A DNA stretch of 64,000 nucleotides from Chiloscyllium plagiosum (lineage: Eukaryota): contig NC_057718.1 in NCBI RefSeq assembly GCF_004010195.1, positions 1,502,881-1,566,880 on the forward strand. Direction: 5' to 3'. The position numbers and the translations under genes were made by a program. Shown piece after piece: positions 39,223 through 51,839 of this stretch; the first letter of the stretch is position 1, and every line of letters starts with the position of its first letter. The notes under the pieces were generated by a model that was given only the letters and a program-made list of their open reading frames with translations, ran no database searches and had not been told where the DNA came from.

Positions 39223-40549
39223 CTTAGATAGTACTGGTAGAGAGACCTTTACTCTATTTCTGCCTCGGTGCTGTACTTGCCTTGAGAGTGATGGGGACAA
39301 TGCAACAGGAGTTTTATTCTGTATCTAACTCCATGTTGTACATGCTGGGAATGTGTAGAAGGAGCTTTACATTGTGCCTGACTGCATGCTGTACCTGTTC
39401 TAGGAATGTGATCATTCCAGAAAATGGCAAAAAATGTGTAAATTGTCAGGATACAATTGCCCTCTGATTTTCTCAGCATCTGAATCATATTATCTGTGCA
39501 AAAATGGTATAAATATACAGACACAGTTTACATCCCTATCAAATCAAGTATAGCCTTGGCATTGTCTTTTCCTAATAAAATTAATACCAGAAGCAAAGTG
39601 TTTTGTGAGTTGGATGCCAGTTGATTCCTATTGAAGGCAACTAAGGACAGGCAATAAAATGCTGGCCAGCACATCCCGTGAAGTGAATTAGAAAAAAGAT
39701 TGGATGCTGATGAAGGCTCTTGAGACTTTGATACATCTTGAAGGACAGTTAGTTGCTCAATGGAGGACTATAGCATTGGAGTGTAACCAATGATATAAAA
39801 GATTGAAGAACTTCATCTTCGAGATCCCTGGCTCAGTGAAAGTGAACATCAGAGCCAGCATAATAGGATAAGAGTAACAATAAATAATAAGAGGATAAGT
39901 GAACCAAAGTAGAATGAGAGAAAGAGATTAAAGTTAAGGCAATAGAAGTATCTTTAATAAGAATTAGGAATGCTAGTAAATTTACAACACGGAAGGTGAG
40001 ATTAGAGGAATAGAAAATGTAACCTGTAATATATAAGAAGACATGGACTCTACCAGTGTCCTTCAAACATACAGGAAGTGTGTTCAGCTGTTGAAACTTG
40101 AGGATTCGGAGTGTAAGCGATGGCTGGAGACACTGTGTCACATATGCAAGGCTGAGAATTACATGGATAGTACTTTAAGAAAAATGGTCACATCACAATT
40201 CAAGTAACTGGAGAGAAGAATGTAATGGGTTTTCTTTAATGTTCTTTCAATGGGTGAGGGTGTCACTCGCTAGGCCAGCATTTATTATCCATCTCAGAGG
40301 GCAGTTAAGAGTCAACCACATTGCTGTAGGTCTGCAATCACATGTAAGCCAGACCAGATAAGGGTGTGTTTTCCCGACAATTGATAATGGATTTATGATT
40401 GTAACCAGATTCTTAATTTCAGATTTTTTAAAATTTAAATTCTGCCATCTGCCATAGCAAGATTCAAAGCTAAGTCCCCAGAATATTCCTGGGGTCTCTG
40501 GATTGATAGTCCAGTGATAATAACACTAAGCCATCACTTCCCCCTCCAG

Positions 40550-42290
40550 GTGGCCATCAAGCAGTTAAAGGGAATCCTGCAGGTAGTGCAGGTGTCCCCT
40601 GGTGTCCCCTCACAAATCAGTTTTCCATTTTGTAAGCTGATGAAGATGCTGGTTCCTGCAATCAGAGCCAAGCCTCTGACACTAAAACAGGCTGGCTGTA
40701 CAGAAGAGGAGGAAGAAGAAAGCAAGTGTGATTGTAATAGAGCCTTCATTTGATATGGGAGCAGACAAATGTTTTTGTAACCACCAACATAACTCCACGA
40801 TGGTATGTTGCTTGCCTGGTGCCAGGATCAAGGATGTCACAAGGGAAGGGTGGTACCACTGACTTAGTCAGGAAGTTAATTCAGGATAAGGGACAAAGAA
40901 ATGAAGTCCACAGTGGAATTAGAGTGCATGCATGGTGATAGATTAGGAAAGGGGCAAGTGCAACAAGATTTGGGTGTCCTTGTACACCAGTCACAGGAAG
41001 TAAACATGCAGGTGCAGCAGGCAGTGAAGAAGGCAAATGGTATGTTGGCTTTCATAGCTCGTCAGTTGGAGTGCAGGAGAATGGTTGTCCTGTTGCAACT
41101 GTACAGGGTATTGGTAAGACCGTACCTGGAATATTGTGAACAGGTTTGGTCTGGCTCTTGAGGGAGTGTAGAGGATGTTTACCTATACTGATTGCTGGGT
41201 TGGTGGGACTGACATATGGTGAGAGGCGGAATCAGTCAGGGCTATATTCACTGGTGATTAGACTCTCTAATCCTTATTTCTTACTGGAATATATCTTTGC
41301 TCTGATCCATGGACTATTAACATCTGCTCTTTTTCCTCAACCGTTTTTGCTGTCAAATGCTCTTCCCATTCCACTCCAGCCAATTCTGCTCTTGTTCTTT
41401 TGCAATTTTATTTATTTAAGCTTAGCACAATTGTTCCTGACCCAGATTTGTCCCTGTCAAACTGAATGCTAAAGTCTATCATGTTATGATCATTGTTTTT
41501 AGGATACCTTTTACTCTGACATCATTTATTAAACTTTTCTTATTACACATCGCCAGAGTGTAATAACAGTGTAACAGTGGTTAGCACTGCTACCTCACAG
41601 CGCCAGAGACCCGGGTTCAATTCCTGCCTTAGGCGACTGACTGTGTGGAGTTTGCACATTCTCCCTGTGTCTGCGTGGATTTCCTCCAGGTGCTCCGGTT
41701 TCCTCCCACAGTCCAAAAATGTGCAGCTCAGGTGAATTGGCCATGCTAAATTCCCCGTAGTGTTAGGTAAGGGGTAAATGTAGGGGTATGGGTGGGTTGC
41801 GCTTCGGCGGGTCAGTGTGGACTTGTTGGGCCGAAGGGCCTGTTTCCACATTGTAGGAAATCTAATCTAATCTAATCTATCTAATCTAATCGCCAGATTA
41901 AAAAAGCCTAATCCCTGGTTGGGTTCACAACATAGTGTTCTAGGAATCTGAATGTGGTCTATGAATTCTTTGTCATGGTTTCCTCTGCCAGTCTGATAAT
42001 CCCAATGTACATGGAGATTAAAGTCACCCATGAGTAATGCCCTGCCTTTGTTACATGCCCTCAATATCTCCTGATTTATTCTCTGTTCCACCATAAAGTT
42101 TCTGTTAGGAAGCCTGTAGACTATTCCTACCAGTGTCTTCTCTCCTTTATTTTTCTTACCTCCACCCATATGAATTCTACATCTTCCAATCCAATATAAT
42201 TTCTTGTTTTTGTACTTATTCCATCCTATATTAACAATGCTGCCCCAGAACCCTTTCCTTCCTACCCGCCCTTTTGGGATTTATTGCTTT
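40550..42290. mobile_element. CR1 remnants (plus ORF1/ORF2 40550-41255; minus endonuclease region 41260-42290)
   Basis: QQAVKKANGMLAFI, LVRPYLEYC; VGIVYRLPN, LMGDFNLH. Confidence 0.75.
41573..41890 (+). mobile_element. HE1-type SINE, slightly 5'-truncated
   Basis: Matches 4029-4328; (AATCT)n tail. Confidence 0.9.
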
Positions 42291-42599
42291 AATTATTGAA
42301 AGTAAAATATTGGCTTTGAGAGGAATTGGGGTCTCTATTAACAGTTGCCTTGAAGCACTCTTTGGACTTTGTATTCTGTTCGATGGACACAGGAGTCAGA
42401 ATAAGGAAGCCATCTCTGAAGCTGCAGGACTCTCCTGATATCCCGTTCTCAGCAAAGTCCCTAGAACCCGACTGAGTTCCCAAATGCCAATGAACAGTTC
42501 ATCTATCATCAATCTACAGCTGTCAACAATTCAGATTTGGCAACAGGAAAAATGGACTCAAGAAGTTATCACATTCTATTCTTTATTTCTAGACCCTTG

Positions 42600-43160
42600 G
42601 CCAACAGTTAATTTATGAAATGACACTGGAGTGCTGGGGCTTGAGAACCAGACACTTTGCTAAGTGGGTAGTAACAGCACAAGAGTGGAACGGTCATTCA
42701 ATGGGTTGACTCAGTGCATTTATACTCAGGATGTAGTTGGTGGAGTAGTGGGGCTTGATTATCAGTAATTCCCCAGTTGTAACATTTACCCTTGTCCTTT
42801 GACATGATAGAGATTATGAATTTGGAAGATGCTATTGGAGAAATCCTTGTGAGGCATTGCAGTGCATTGTAATAAATTTTGAAGGCTGTGTTGAGGACGC
42901 CACTCAAGCAGGCTGCTTTGTCTTGGATGGTGTCAAGCTTCTTGAGCGTTGTTGGAGCTGTACTCATTCAGGCAAATGAAGAGAATTCCCTCACACCCCT
43001 AATTTATGTCTTGTAGATGGTGGGCAGATTTTGGGGAGTCAGGAGGTGAGTTAGTTATCACAGAGTTCCTAGTCTCTGACCACCTCTTATAACCACACTA
43101 TTTATATGGCCAGTTCAGTTTCTAGTCAGTGGTAACCCCCAAGATGTTGATAGCACAGGA
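42600..43160 (-). mobile_element. Old L2/CR1-clade LINE 3' fragment
   Basis: STAPTTLKKLDTIQDKAACL. Confidence 0.6.
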
Positions 43161-44054
43161 TTTTATATGATGTGATCATATGAAATTTGAGAAATATGTT
43201 ACTCGTAAGATTAAAGAGGAATTTAAAAAGGGATTTCTGGGGCGTTTTGGAGAATATTATTCCCATTCTGGTTAATCTTGCTAAGCCATTACAGAATCTG
43301 ATATTACATCCAAATAAGAGACAGAACAGTTGCAAAATTTGATTGATTGATTGAATTGATTATGCAGTCATGTAGCATCAGATGTGAGCTCTGTCGTATC
43401 GGAATTTAGTACCAGGGTCGAACAACGCTGTGATTCACTACTGTAAGGGGAAATAAAGCATTAGTGAAGTTAAACCTACACAAATGACAACTTATTGAGT
43501 GACCAGAAGAGTTTGAAATTTATTATTTTTTGGTCATCATTCATATGCTAAACTTCCTGGTAGGTATTTGAGTCCTGTTGTTTCCAAAATTTTGAGATAA
43601 GTAAAAATGAGAAAAAGAATCCTTTTATTAAGGACGCTGAGAAGATAAAAGTACACGAATTGCTGAAATGCTGGCTGCTGTGAAAACGGTGGATGTGATT
43701 AAATGATTGCAGTGCAGCATCTACCTGGCAATGTGGAAAATTGACAAGTTACATCATGTTCATGAAAAGCAGAAGAATTCCACTATGGAAATAAACTGAC
43801 TATTCAAGTCCAATACTTGAATAGTCATGGGGGTATTTGATGGAGACAGTGTAACGGAAGGTGTGCTCTGTAAGACATCCTGTGCTATACTTGTCCAAGG
43901 CATGGAAAGTATTGCTTTATTACGTAATTAGAAAAGAAATTCAAAAGTATCACCTATTTCATCACAAAATGAATTGATGAAATGAAAGCCCTTGCTTACT
44001 GCAAGTGGAGCGGGCCTTCTTTTCCTGTTCTTATGTTTTTTTTCCTTTCTCTAG

Positions 44055-44177
44055 GTTGACTGTGGGAAACGGCGTGTGATCGATGAGAGTGAGGGACGGC
44101 TTTGGGCAGAGAGCCGAGGGTTCCACTACTTTGAAACATCGGCGCAGTCTGGAGAGGGCGTTAATGAGATGTTCCAG
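44055..44177 (+). CDS. DNAJC27: DNAJC27 coding exon (completes NKxD; ETSA motif)
   Basis: tctag|...|gtacca; VDCGKRRVIDESEGRLWAESRGFHYFETSAQSGEGVNEMFQ; 123 bp. Confidence 0.97.
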
Positions 44178-44383
44178 GTACCACATATGCTGGAATCATT
44201 CCAATGAGCTAGCCACCAGAGGAAAGTTGCAGGGTTAGATGATGATAAGAAACACCTGGGAGCAAGAAGCCACAGATTGTGGTCTATTCATATGTCTGTG
44301 ATCAGAGAACATTCTTGTTCCCTATTTTGGGCACAATAAAGAACTCCCTTCATCCCCACCACCATCAAAAATTCTCCCCATAT

Positions 44384-44618
44384 GGTGATTCCAGGGAGTG
44401 GTACATAATGATTCTCCAGGACCTGTACACTGTGATTCCTGAGATCAGCGATCATCATGCTGTGATTCCACGGAACACCCTGCGGTGTTACCTGGGTTTG
44501 CCATGCTGCAATTCCCCTTGGAACACACGCTGTGAATCCCCCAGGAGTACACGCCACAATTCCCCTGGAGTCTGTGCTGTGATTCCCAGGGAGTGGCATG
44601 TGATTCCTGGGAATGCTA
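44384..44618. repeat. Degenerate ~21-30 bp minisatellite in DNAJC27 intron
   Basis: About 10 units anchored on (GCT)GTGATTCC..GGA. Confidence 0.7.
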
Positions 44619-44729
44619 CAAAAACCGGGCAGCAGAATATCTACTGTGTGACATGATCTACAAAGAGTACTGTGTCAAATTCCTGTTTAATCCTTATTTT
44701 CCTTTTTTCTACATTCTGTCTGATTCCAG

Positions 44730-44887
44730 GCATTCTTCTCAGCAATCCTGGATTTGTGTGAGAATGGTAAACGGCCTCAGTCCAGTGTGAGCTTAGGGTT
44801 TACTAAGGAGCAGGCAGACACCATCCGCAGGATACGCAACAGCAAGGATAGTTGGGAAATTTTGGGAATGAAGCCTGGAGCCTCTAG
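44730..44887 (+). CDS. DNAJC27: DNAJC27 coding exon (linker and start of J-domain)
   Basis: tccag|...|gtaaag; AFFSAILDLCENGKRPQSSVSLGFTKEQADTIRRIRNSKDSWEILGMKPGAS(R); 158 bp. Confidence 0.97.
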
Positions 44888-45469
44888 GTAAAGTAAACTC
44901 ACCTACATATTATTATCACGCAGTAAAAGAAACTTTCCCATTAGAGTACAGCCTGCATGTGGATTAATACCAGTTCCAGGTCATGGACAATACAGGCAGT
45001 ATTGCCATATAAATAGGAACTTAAGAAATAGGAGTTAGCATAGACTGTTTCGCCCTTTGAGCTTGTTTCATCATTTGACAGGACCATGGCTAATATTTTC
45101 ATTAATTTAACCTTCTTGCAGTATTCCATATCCTTTAATTCACTTGGTACCCAAAATCGATTATCCTTGTATATACTTTGAAAAAGCTTAAAAACAGGAC
45201 ACTAACAGCTTTCTGGATTAGAGAAAACCAATGATTCCTGATCTTATATTCAGGTTATCCTGGTGACATTTGAAGTCACATATGGATTATGTTCAATCTC
45301 ATGTCATTGGTCCAGTAACAATGCCACTTTGGTGCTCTAACCTGACGATGGGATCACAAAAATTGAAATAGTGAGAAAGAATAAATGCCCCATAAGTGTT
45401 AGAAAAAGGGTAGACCTTTTCATATCAGAACTGTGTTGTGCCCAAAATATTTCTGCTCCTTATGATACA

Positions 45470-46045
45470 ACAGAATACAACAGTACAGCACAGCAATGGG
45501 CCATTCGGCCTATGATGTTGTGCCAAACATGACTCCAAATTAAACTAATCCCTTCTGCCTGCCCTTGGTCTATATCCCTCCATTCCTTGCATATTCATGT
45601 GCTTATCTAAAAGTTTCTTAAACGGCCCTATTTTATCTGCCTTCACCACTACCCCTGGTCACGTGTTCCATACTCCTACCACTCTCTTGTGTTTAAAGAA
45701 CTTGCCCCTCACATCTCCTTTGAACTTTCCTCTCTCACCATAAATGCATGCCCCCTAGTTTTAGGCATTTCAACTCGAGGAAAAAGATTCTGACCATCAA
45801 CCCTATCTATGCATCTCATAATCTTATGGACTTCTATCAAGTCTCCTGTCAGTCTCTGCCACTCCAGAGAAAACAACCCAAGTTTTTCTAGCCTCTTTTT
45901 ATAGTTTATACCCTCTAATCCAAACAGCATTTTGGTAAATCTTCTGTATCTTCTCCCAAAGCCTCCACATCCTTCCTGTAATGTAGCAACCAGAACTGAA
46001 TGCAGTACTCTAGTGTGGCCTAACCAAAGTCTTATAAAGCTGCAT
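45470..46045 (-). mobile_element. CR1 3' fragment in last DNAJC27 intron
   Basis: RRFTKMLFGLEGINYKKRLEKLGLFSLE, KTRGHAF. Confidence 0.85.
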
Positions 46046-46108
46046 TCATGGCCATATTGTGTGTGCCAGAGGGTAATTGTGGACCCTGAGACTGTGTCAA
46101 TTTTACAG

Positions 46109-46241
46109 GGATGAGGTAAACAAAGCCTATCGGAAGATGGCCATGCTGCTTCATCCAGACAAGTGCCTTGCACCAGGGAGTGAAGATGCCTTCAAAGCTG
46201 TCGTCAATGCACGGACTGTGTTGCTGAAAAACATCAAGTAG
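46109..46241 (+). CDS. DNAJC27: DNAJC27 last coding exon (J-domain HPD, stop)
   Basis: tacag|; DEVNKAYRKMAMLLHPDKCLAPGSEDAFKAVVNARTVLLKNIK then TAG TAA. Confidence 0.97.
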
Positions 46242-46406
46242 TAAAGGGGAGTATCATCAAGGTCCCGTACCATCAAGGTCCACTTTGACTCTGACAACAG
46301 AGATGAAATTGTCTTTGTCCAAACTGAGTGTTGCACTATCTGTAATTCAGATCTTGGTGTAAATAAGAAGTCAGTGACTTAATAATTGGATGTTGGTTTC
46401 AGGATT

Positions 46407-46412
46407 AATAAA
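46407..46412 (+). promoter_or_regulatory. Candidate polyadenylation signal of DNAJC27
   Basis: First AATAAA after the stop, followed by T/GT-rich sequence. Confidence 0.4.
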
Positions 46413-47071
46413 CCTGAACATTAAGATTTGTTGTATTTCTTACACTTGTTAATATAACCTGTTCACTGTAAACACCATGTTTAAAAAAAAGGCAAGCTGC
46501 AGCAATGTCCTTTAAAGGGAAAGAAGTTCGGAGATGTTGGGCCATACGAAGAGTATTAAACAGGTCTACTGTTGAGGGAGATATGTATTCTAGGTTGAGT
46601 TAGAGATTGAAAGGAAATTGAGATGTGCTGAATGCAAGACCTTCAACAAGCAGAGATGAGCATTGGATCAATATTGTATTACTTCTCTCCACCTTAGCAC
46701 ATGATATCCTAATTCAGGTGCCCTATTTAACAGCCTCCTTCCTTCAGTACATAAAGCTTCACTTTTCCTGTTCAAAGAGCCTCAACACTGTTTGCCGAGA
46801 TTCTCATCATGCTGCAGTGACACGACTTAATTCGTCTCTAATGCTGCTCATAGCGGAAGAACAGATGAGTCATTTTCTCATGGTCTTCCACGTGATTTTA
46901 TTTTCAGAAAATCATCTTTTTTGTGGACTGACACAAATACCTGCATCCCAAACTCCATTTTCTGCAACTGTCTTTGAATGAAGTTCAAACCCTTCACCAC
47001 TGAGATGTTGGTCACTCAATGATTGTTGAAGTGCTCATCATCTTTCATTTCTGGTCTGCTGGTTTATTTCA

Positions 47072-47425
47072 TTATAGAATTCCTACAGTGTGGAAACAGG
47101 TTATTTAGCCCCCAAGTCCACATCCACCCACCCCCAAATAGTAACCCACCTAGACCCATTCCCCCTACCCTATTACTCTAATTTTACCCATGGCTAATGC
47201 ACCTATCGTACACATCCCTGAACACTGTGGGCAATTAAGCACACCAGTCCACCTAACCTGCACATCTTTGGATTGTGGGAGGAAACAAGAGCACCCGGAG
47301 GAAGCCCATGCAGACGCAGGGAGAATGTGCAAACTCCACACTGACAGTTGCCAGAGGCTAGAATCGAACCCAGATTCCTGGTGCTGTGAGGCAACAGTGC
47401 TAACCACTGAGCCACCGTGCCCTCC
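47072..47425 (-). mobile_element. Older HE1-related SINE
   Basis: Homologous to 26045-26400. Confidence 0.85.
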
Positions 47426-47779
47426 TCAAAGTTTATGCCTTAGTAACTACTGAAAGTTGATTGTATTGACTTGGGGGATTTTCCTGCTTTGTTTTTTTAT
47501 TATTGGTGAAAGTACAGTATTATTGACCCGTTACAGGTGACACATGTATTCTTCACATATGACCAAAACACTTGGTAGTAGTAGCTGGTTTAACAGCTGA
47601 TCCATCCCTTTTGGCTTCTGTCTGCACATGAAGTCTGCTCCAATTTCAGCTGATGTAATACTGAATTCAGATCCCAATGTGAGACACAGCTTGAGAAACC
47701 ACAAGTTTTGTTTACCACGGGAGTCCATCACTAAATATATTCACAAGAAAGTTGCCAACATATCTTTAAGCAAATAACA

Positions 47780-48281
47780 GAGTCAAGAGTCTGTTGCTGG
47801 AAAAGTACAGCAGGTCAGACGGCATTCGAGGAGCAGGAGAATCAACGTTTCAGGCGTAAGCCCTTCTTCAGGAATGAGGCTTGTGGGCCGGGGGCTGAGA
47901 GATAATTGGGAGGGGATGCGTTTGGGGGGAAGGGAGCTGAGAAAGCGATAGATGAAGGTGAGGGAGAAGGTGCTAGGCTGGAGGGGGTGAATCTGATAGA
48001 TGGGAAAGATGATGGACAAGTCAGGAGGGCGGTCCCGAGTTGGAGGCTTGGGACTGGGATAATGTAGGGGGAGAGGGAATGAGGAAGCTGTTGAAATCCG
48101 CATTTATCCCATGTTGTTGCAGGGACCCAAGGCGGAATATGTCCTTGATGGAGTGGTGGGGGGGGTTGAAGTGTTCAGCCACGGGGCGGTGGCGTTGGTG
48201 GTTGCGGTGTCCCAGAGATGTTCACTGAAACGATCCACAAGAAGGCATCCTGTCTTCCCGATGTAGAAAGCCTTCCTTACC
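47780..48281 (-). mobile_element. PLE (family A) GIY-YIG C-terminus and terminus
   Basis: FYIGKTGCLLVDRFSEHLWD; minus strand CTGAAGAAGGGCTTACGCCTGAAACG; CAAATAACA on both flanks. Confidence 0.8.
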
Positions 48282-48789
48282 CAAATAACATAAAGTTTTA
48301 TTATGTAACAGAAGGAAAACGTGCACCTAGCAATAACTCTTTCAAGCAGTCTTATTAGAAATATAAGAAAATAAGATTCAACATTCACAACAACCTTGCA
48401 TACACCCAGGTCTCAGTGAAGGGTCACCATGCCTTCCAGCTTAAAGCTGCTTGATCAGTTGGCATGACTATAATCAATTATTTTCAGCAATTTTTTGCAT
48501 TTACCCAGAGCTATTTTGTTTAGTTCATCTCTTAATTAGTTTCTTAACTAAAATGTTGCTCATTTCTTAGTTAATGCTTATTTAAAACTTTCTGCTTCTG
48601 GAGTTTCCTTCAAAACAAATCATGGCATTTTTCCAGCATTGAATGCTTTGGAGACTACTATTAACAGGACTTCAGCTGCTAACAGCCTCTTCATTCTGAA
48701 TAAGTCATACACATAGCTCTTCTAGATGCTGCTGGCTTTCTGTGTCACTAAACTCCTGTTGCTAGCAAAAGCAGTTTATTTTTCTTCTG

Positions 48790-49240
48790 CTGAAAACAAA
48801 AAAATGCTGGAAATCACAGCAGGTCAGGTAACATCCGTGGAGAGAGAACAAGTTAATGTTTCGAGTCAAGATGACCCTTCATCAAAGCTGATGTGAAGTG
48901 TGGAGGGGGCAGCATTTATGCAATAGTGGGGATGGGGTTGTTTTGCTGGGGGAGAAAGGATGTTGACAGTGCAGATTAAATGATGAGAATGGCAGAACAA
49001 TGGTGTGTCTAACTGCCAAATTGGAAAGAAAAGATAGAACATTGGAGTGGGGGGAGGGGAGGGAAGACATGGTGACAGAGAATGCAGTAAGTAAAGCTAA
49101 AAGAAAGGGAAGAAATGGGAGTGAGTTCACAGTCTGAAAGTGTTGAACATATTTTTATCCAGAAGGTTGTATAGTTCTTAGTCTGAAGATCAGGATGTTC
49201 TTTTGGGCTACCTTTGGGAAGATGGTAACGGAGAAGGGTG
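48790..49240 (-). mobile_element. Old PLE 3' fragment
   Basis: Minus strand TGATGAAGGGTCATCTTGACTCGAAAC hammerhead-like core; CCAGCA tail. Confidence 0.6.
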
Positions 49241-49779
49241 CTCCAGCTGGAGCTCATCTGCTCTGCCCACCCTTATTCTTTTCACCTTTTCTTTGTTCTC
49301 TTCACATTCTCTTCCTCCTCGTGTTTTTATTACCTTTATCTCCTTCTTCCCTTCGATCTCTGGCCTTTGACGACTCCCAACCTCCAGCGACCTCTAGCAA
49401 GGAACAGTGATTCCCACATCTGGCAAATGATGATTCCCAACTTCCGGTGATGATCTCTGGCATCTAGCAAATGACGATTCCCATCCTCTGGCAATGAATC
49501 TTGACCTAGTGCAGAGACCTCTCGCCTGGTGTAGTGGTCTCCAGGCCTTGGTGTGGCAATCTCCTGCCATGGCACATGGGCCTCCTCCCATTAGGACCTT
49601 CTGGTGTGGCATGACAACCTTCTGGTCTCCTGCATGGTGGAGGAAATCCTTAGTTGAATGGTGTTTTGGTTGTGAAGCTGCATTTAGAACCACGGAAATG
49701 TTACCGCACTGAAGGAAGTAATTAAGCCCATCATGTTTGTGTCAGCCAAATAAAAGTGTTCACTTCCCAGCACCTGTTG

Positions 49780-51040
49780 TACAATTACAACATTTAAAAG
49801 GCATGTGGATGAGTGTATGGACCAGGAAGGGTTTAGAGGGATATGGGCCAAATGCTGACAAATGGTGCTAGATTCATTTGGGATATCTGGTCAGCATGGA
49901 CAAGTTTGACTGAAGAATCTGTTTCCATGCTGCACAGCTCTATGACCTGATCCATAGCTTTGTAGATTAATGAATTCCACAGCCCACCACTCTCTGGCTG
50001 AAGAAATATATCCGCATTTCTGTTCTGAATTTACCCCCTCTAATTCTAAGGCTGTGTCCACGGGTCCTAGTCTCCTCGCCTAACGGAAACAATTTCCTAG
50101 CGTCCACCGTTTCCAAGCCATGCATTATCTTGTAAGTTTCTATTAGATCTCCCCTTAATCTTCTAAAACTCCAATGAATACAATCCCAGGATCCTCAGCC
50201 GTTCCTCGTATGTTAGACCTACCATTCCCGGGATCATCCGTGTGAATCTCCGCTGGACACGCTCCAGTGCCAGTTTGTCCTTCCTGAGGTGTGGGGACCA
50301 AAACTGGACACAGTACTCCAAATGGAGCCTAACCAGAGCTTTAACGAGTCCTGTCTGTCCTCTGTATCCAAACGCTATGTTACCTTGTATGCATAATTAA
50401 ATCACCTTCTGCCTCTTCTAAGGAAGACAACCTAGTCTACCCAATCTTTGCTTGCACCTGCAATTTTTAAGACATTGCAATATTATTGGAAATCTCCTGT
50501 GTAGTCTTTCTGGACCAATTATATTATTCCATCATGTGACCAGAACTGTATACAAAAAGAGTTTTAAGACTCTGAGGGGCATGAATAGGTTGGATAGAAA
50601 ATGGTTGTTCCCCTTATGGTTGTTCTCATAATGAAGGAAGGCATCCCATTTGCCATCTTTGTTACCTTTCCACTTGCCCTTCAACCTCAGAAATTTGTGG
50701 ATGTGCACTCCAAAATCTCCCACTACCTTTTTGCCTTCTCTATTGTGTTTTCCCTTGCTTTGTTTGCCCTCCCCAAATGTTTCTCTGCATTGAATTCCAT
50801 TGCCACTTTTCTGCCCACTCAGCTGAACCATTGATGTCATCCTGTAGTGGACAGCCATTTTCTTCGGATTCAACCATTTGAGCAATTTCTGGATCATCTG
50901 AAATTTTCCCAATCATGGAACCTATGTTTAAGTCTAAATCATTAATATATATCACAGACAGGAAGGGACTCAACATTGATCCCTGTAAAATACTACAGGA
51001 AGCTGTTTTCCATTCATAAAATGATCCATTGACTATTACA
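49780..51040. mobile_element. CR1 fragments (plus 3' end 49780-49950; minus 49970-50345 and 50345-51040)
   Basis: CR1 3' UTR; EYCVQFWSP on the minus strand; WAEKWQ. Confidence 0.75.
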
Positions 51041-51395
51041 TGGATGTAGGTTTGCTCGCTGAGCTGGAAAGTCCAGTTTCAGATGTTTCATCACCATACC
51101 AGGTAACATCAGCAATGAGCCTCCGAATGAAGCTCTCGTGGTATGGCCTGCTTTTTATTTATGTGTTTAGGTTTCCCTTGAGTTGATGCTGTAATTTCCT
51201 GTGGTAATGTCATTTCCTGTTATTTTTCTCAAGGGTTGGTAAATGGAATGCATGTCAATGTGTTTGTTGATAGAGTTCTGGTTGGAATGCCATGCTTCTA
51301 GGAATTCTCGTGTGTGTCTCTGCTTGTTTGCCCTAGGATGGATGTGTTGTCCCAGTCAAAGTGGTGTCCTTCCTCATCTGTATGTAAATATACTA
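51041..51395 (-). mobile_element. PLE (family C) endonuclease C-terminus and terminus
   Basis: Minus strand TREFLEAWHSNQNSINKHID; terminus related to 54500-54735 and 62657-62942. Confidence 0.75.
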
Positions 51396-51839
51396 GTGAC
51401 ATACCACTCTGCCTGTTCAATCTCACTTTGAATGCCACCCACTTATTTGTCACTGACTTTCCTTCAAGAAGCTGTAACCTGTCCCAATGCTGCCAGATTT
51501 TCTTTCAGCCTTATAAAGTTTGCCTTGCCCAATTTGGAGTTCCTATTGTACCTTTGTTACTTTCCATTATGATGCTCAATATAATTGTATTATCCTCAAA
51601 TTGCTATTTCATCCACCTACCCAGCTTCATTTGCTACAACTAAATCTGGAATAGTGCCCTCTCTTTTGGACTTGTTATGCACTGGCTGCTCATACTTATT
51701 CAAGAACTCACAGTTCTAAGCAATCTCCTATGCAAAGAATAGCTTGTGCTGAACACCAGTGACTTTATGTTCTTCTCTTTGGATCTGCAATTCTCAAATC
51801 TGAAAATCAGGATGAAACAAGTGTTCACGATTGAATAGA

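Noticed and set aside
44384..44618. CRISPR-like repeat-spacer appearance
   Set aside because: Units are degenerate, the intervening sequences resemble each other, there are no cas genes, and the context is a vertebrate intron.
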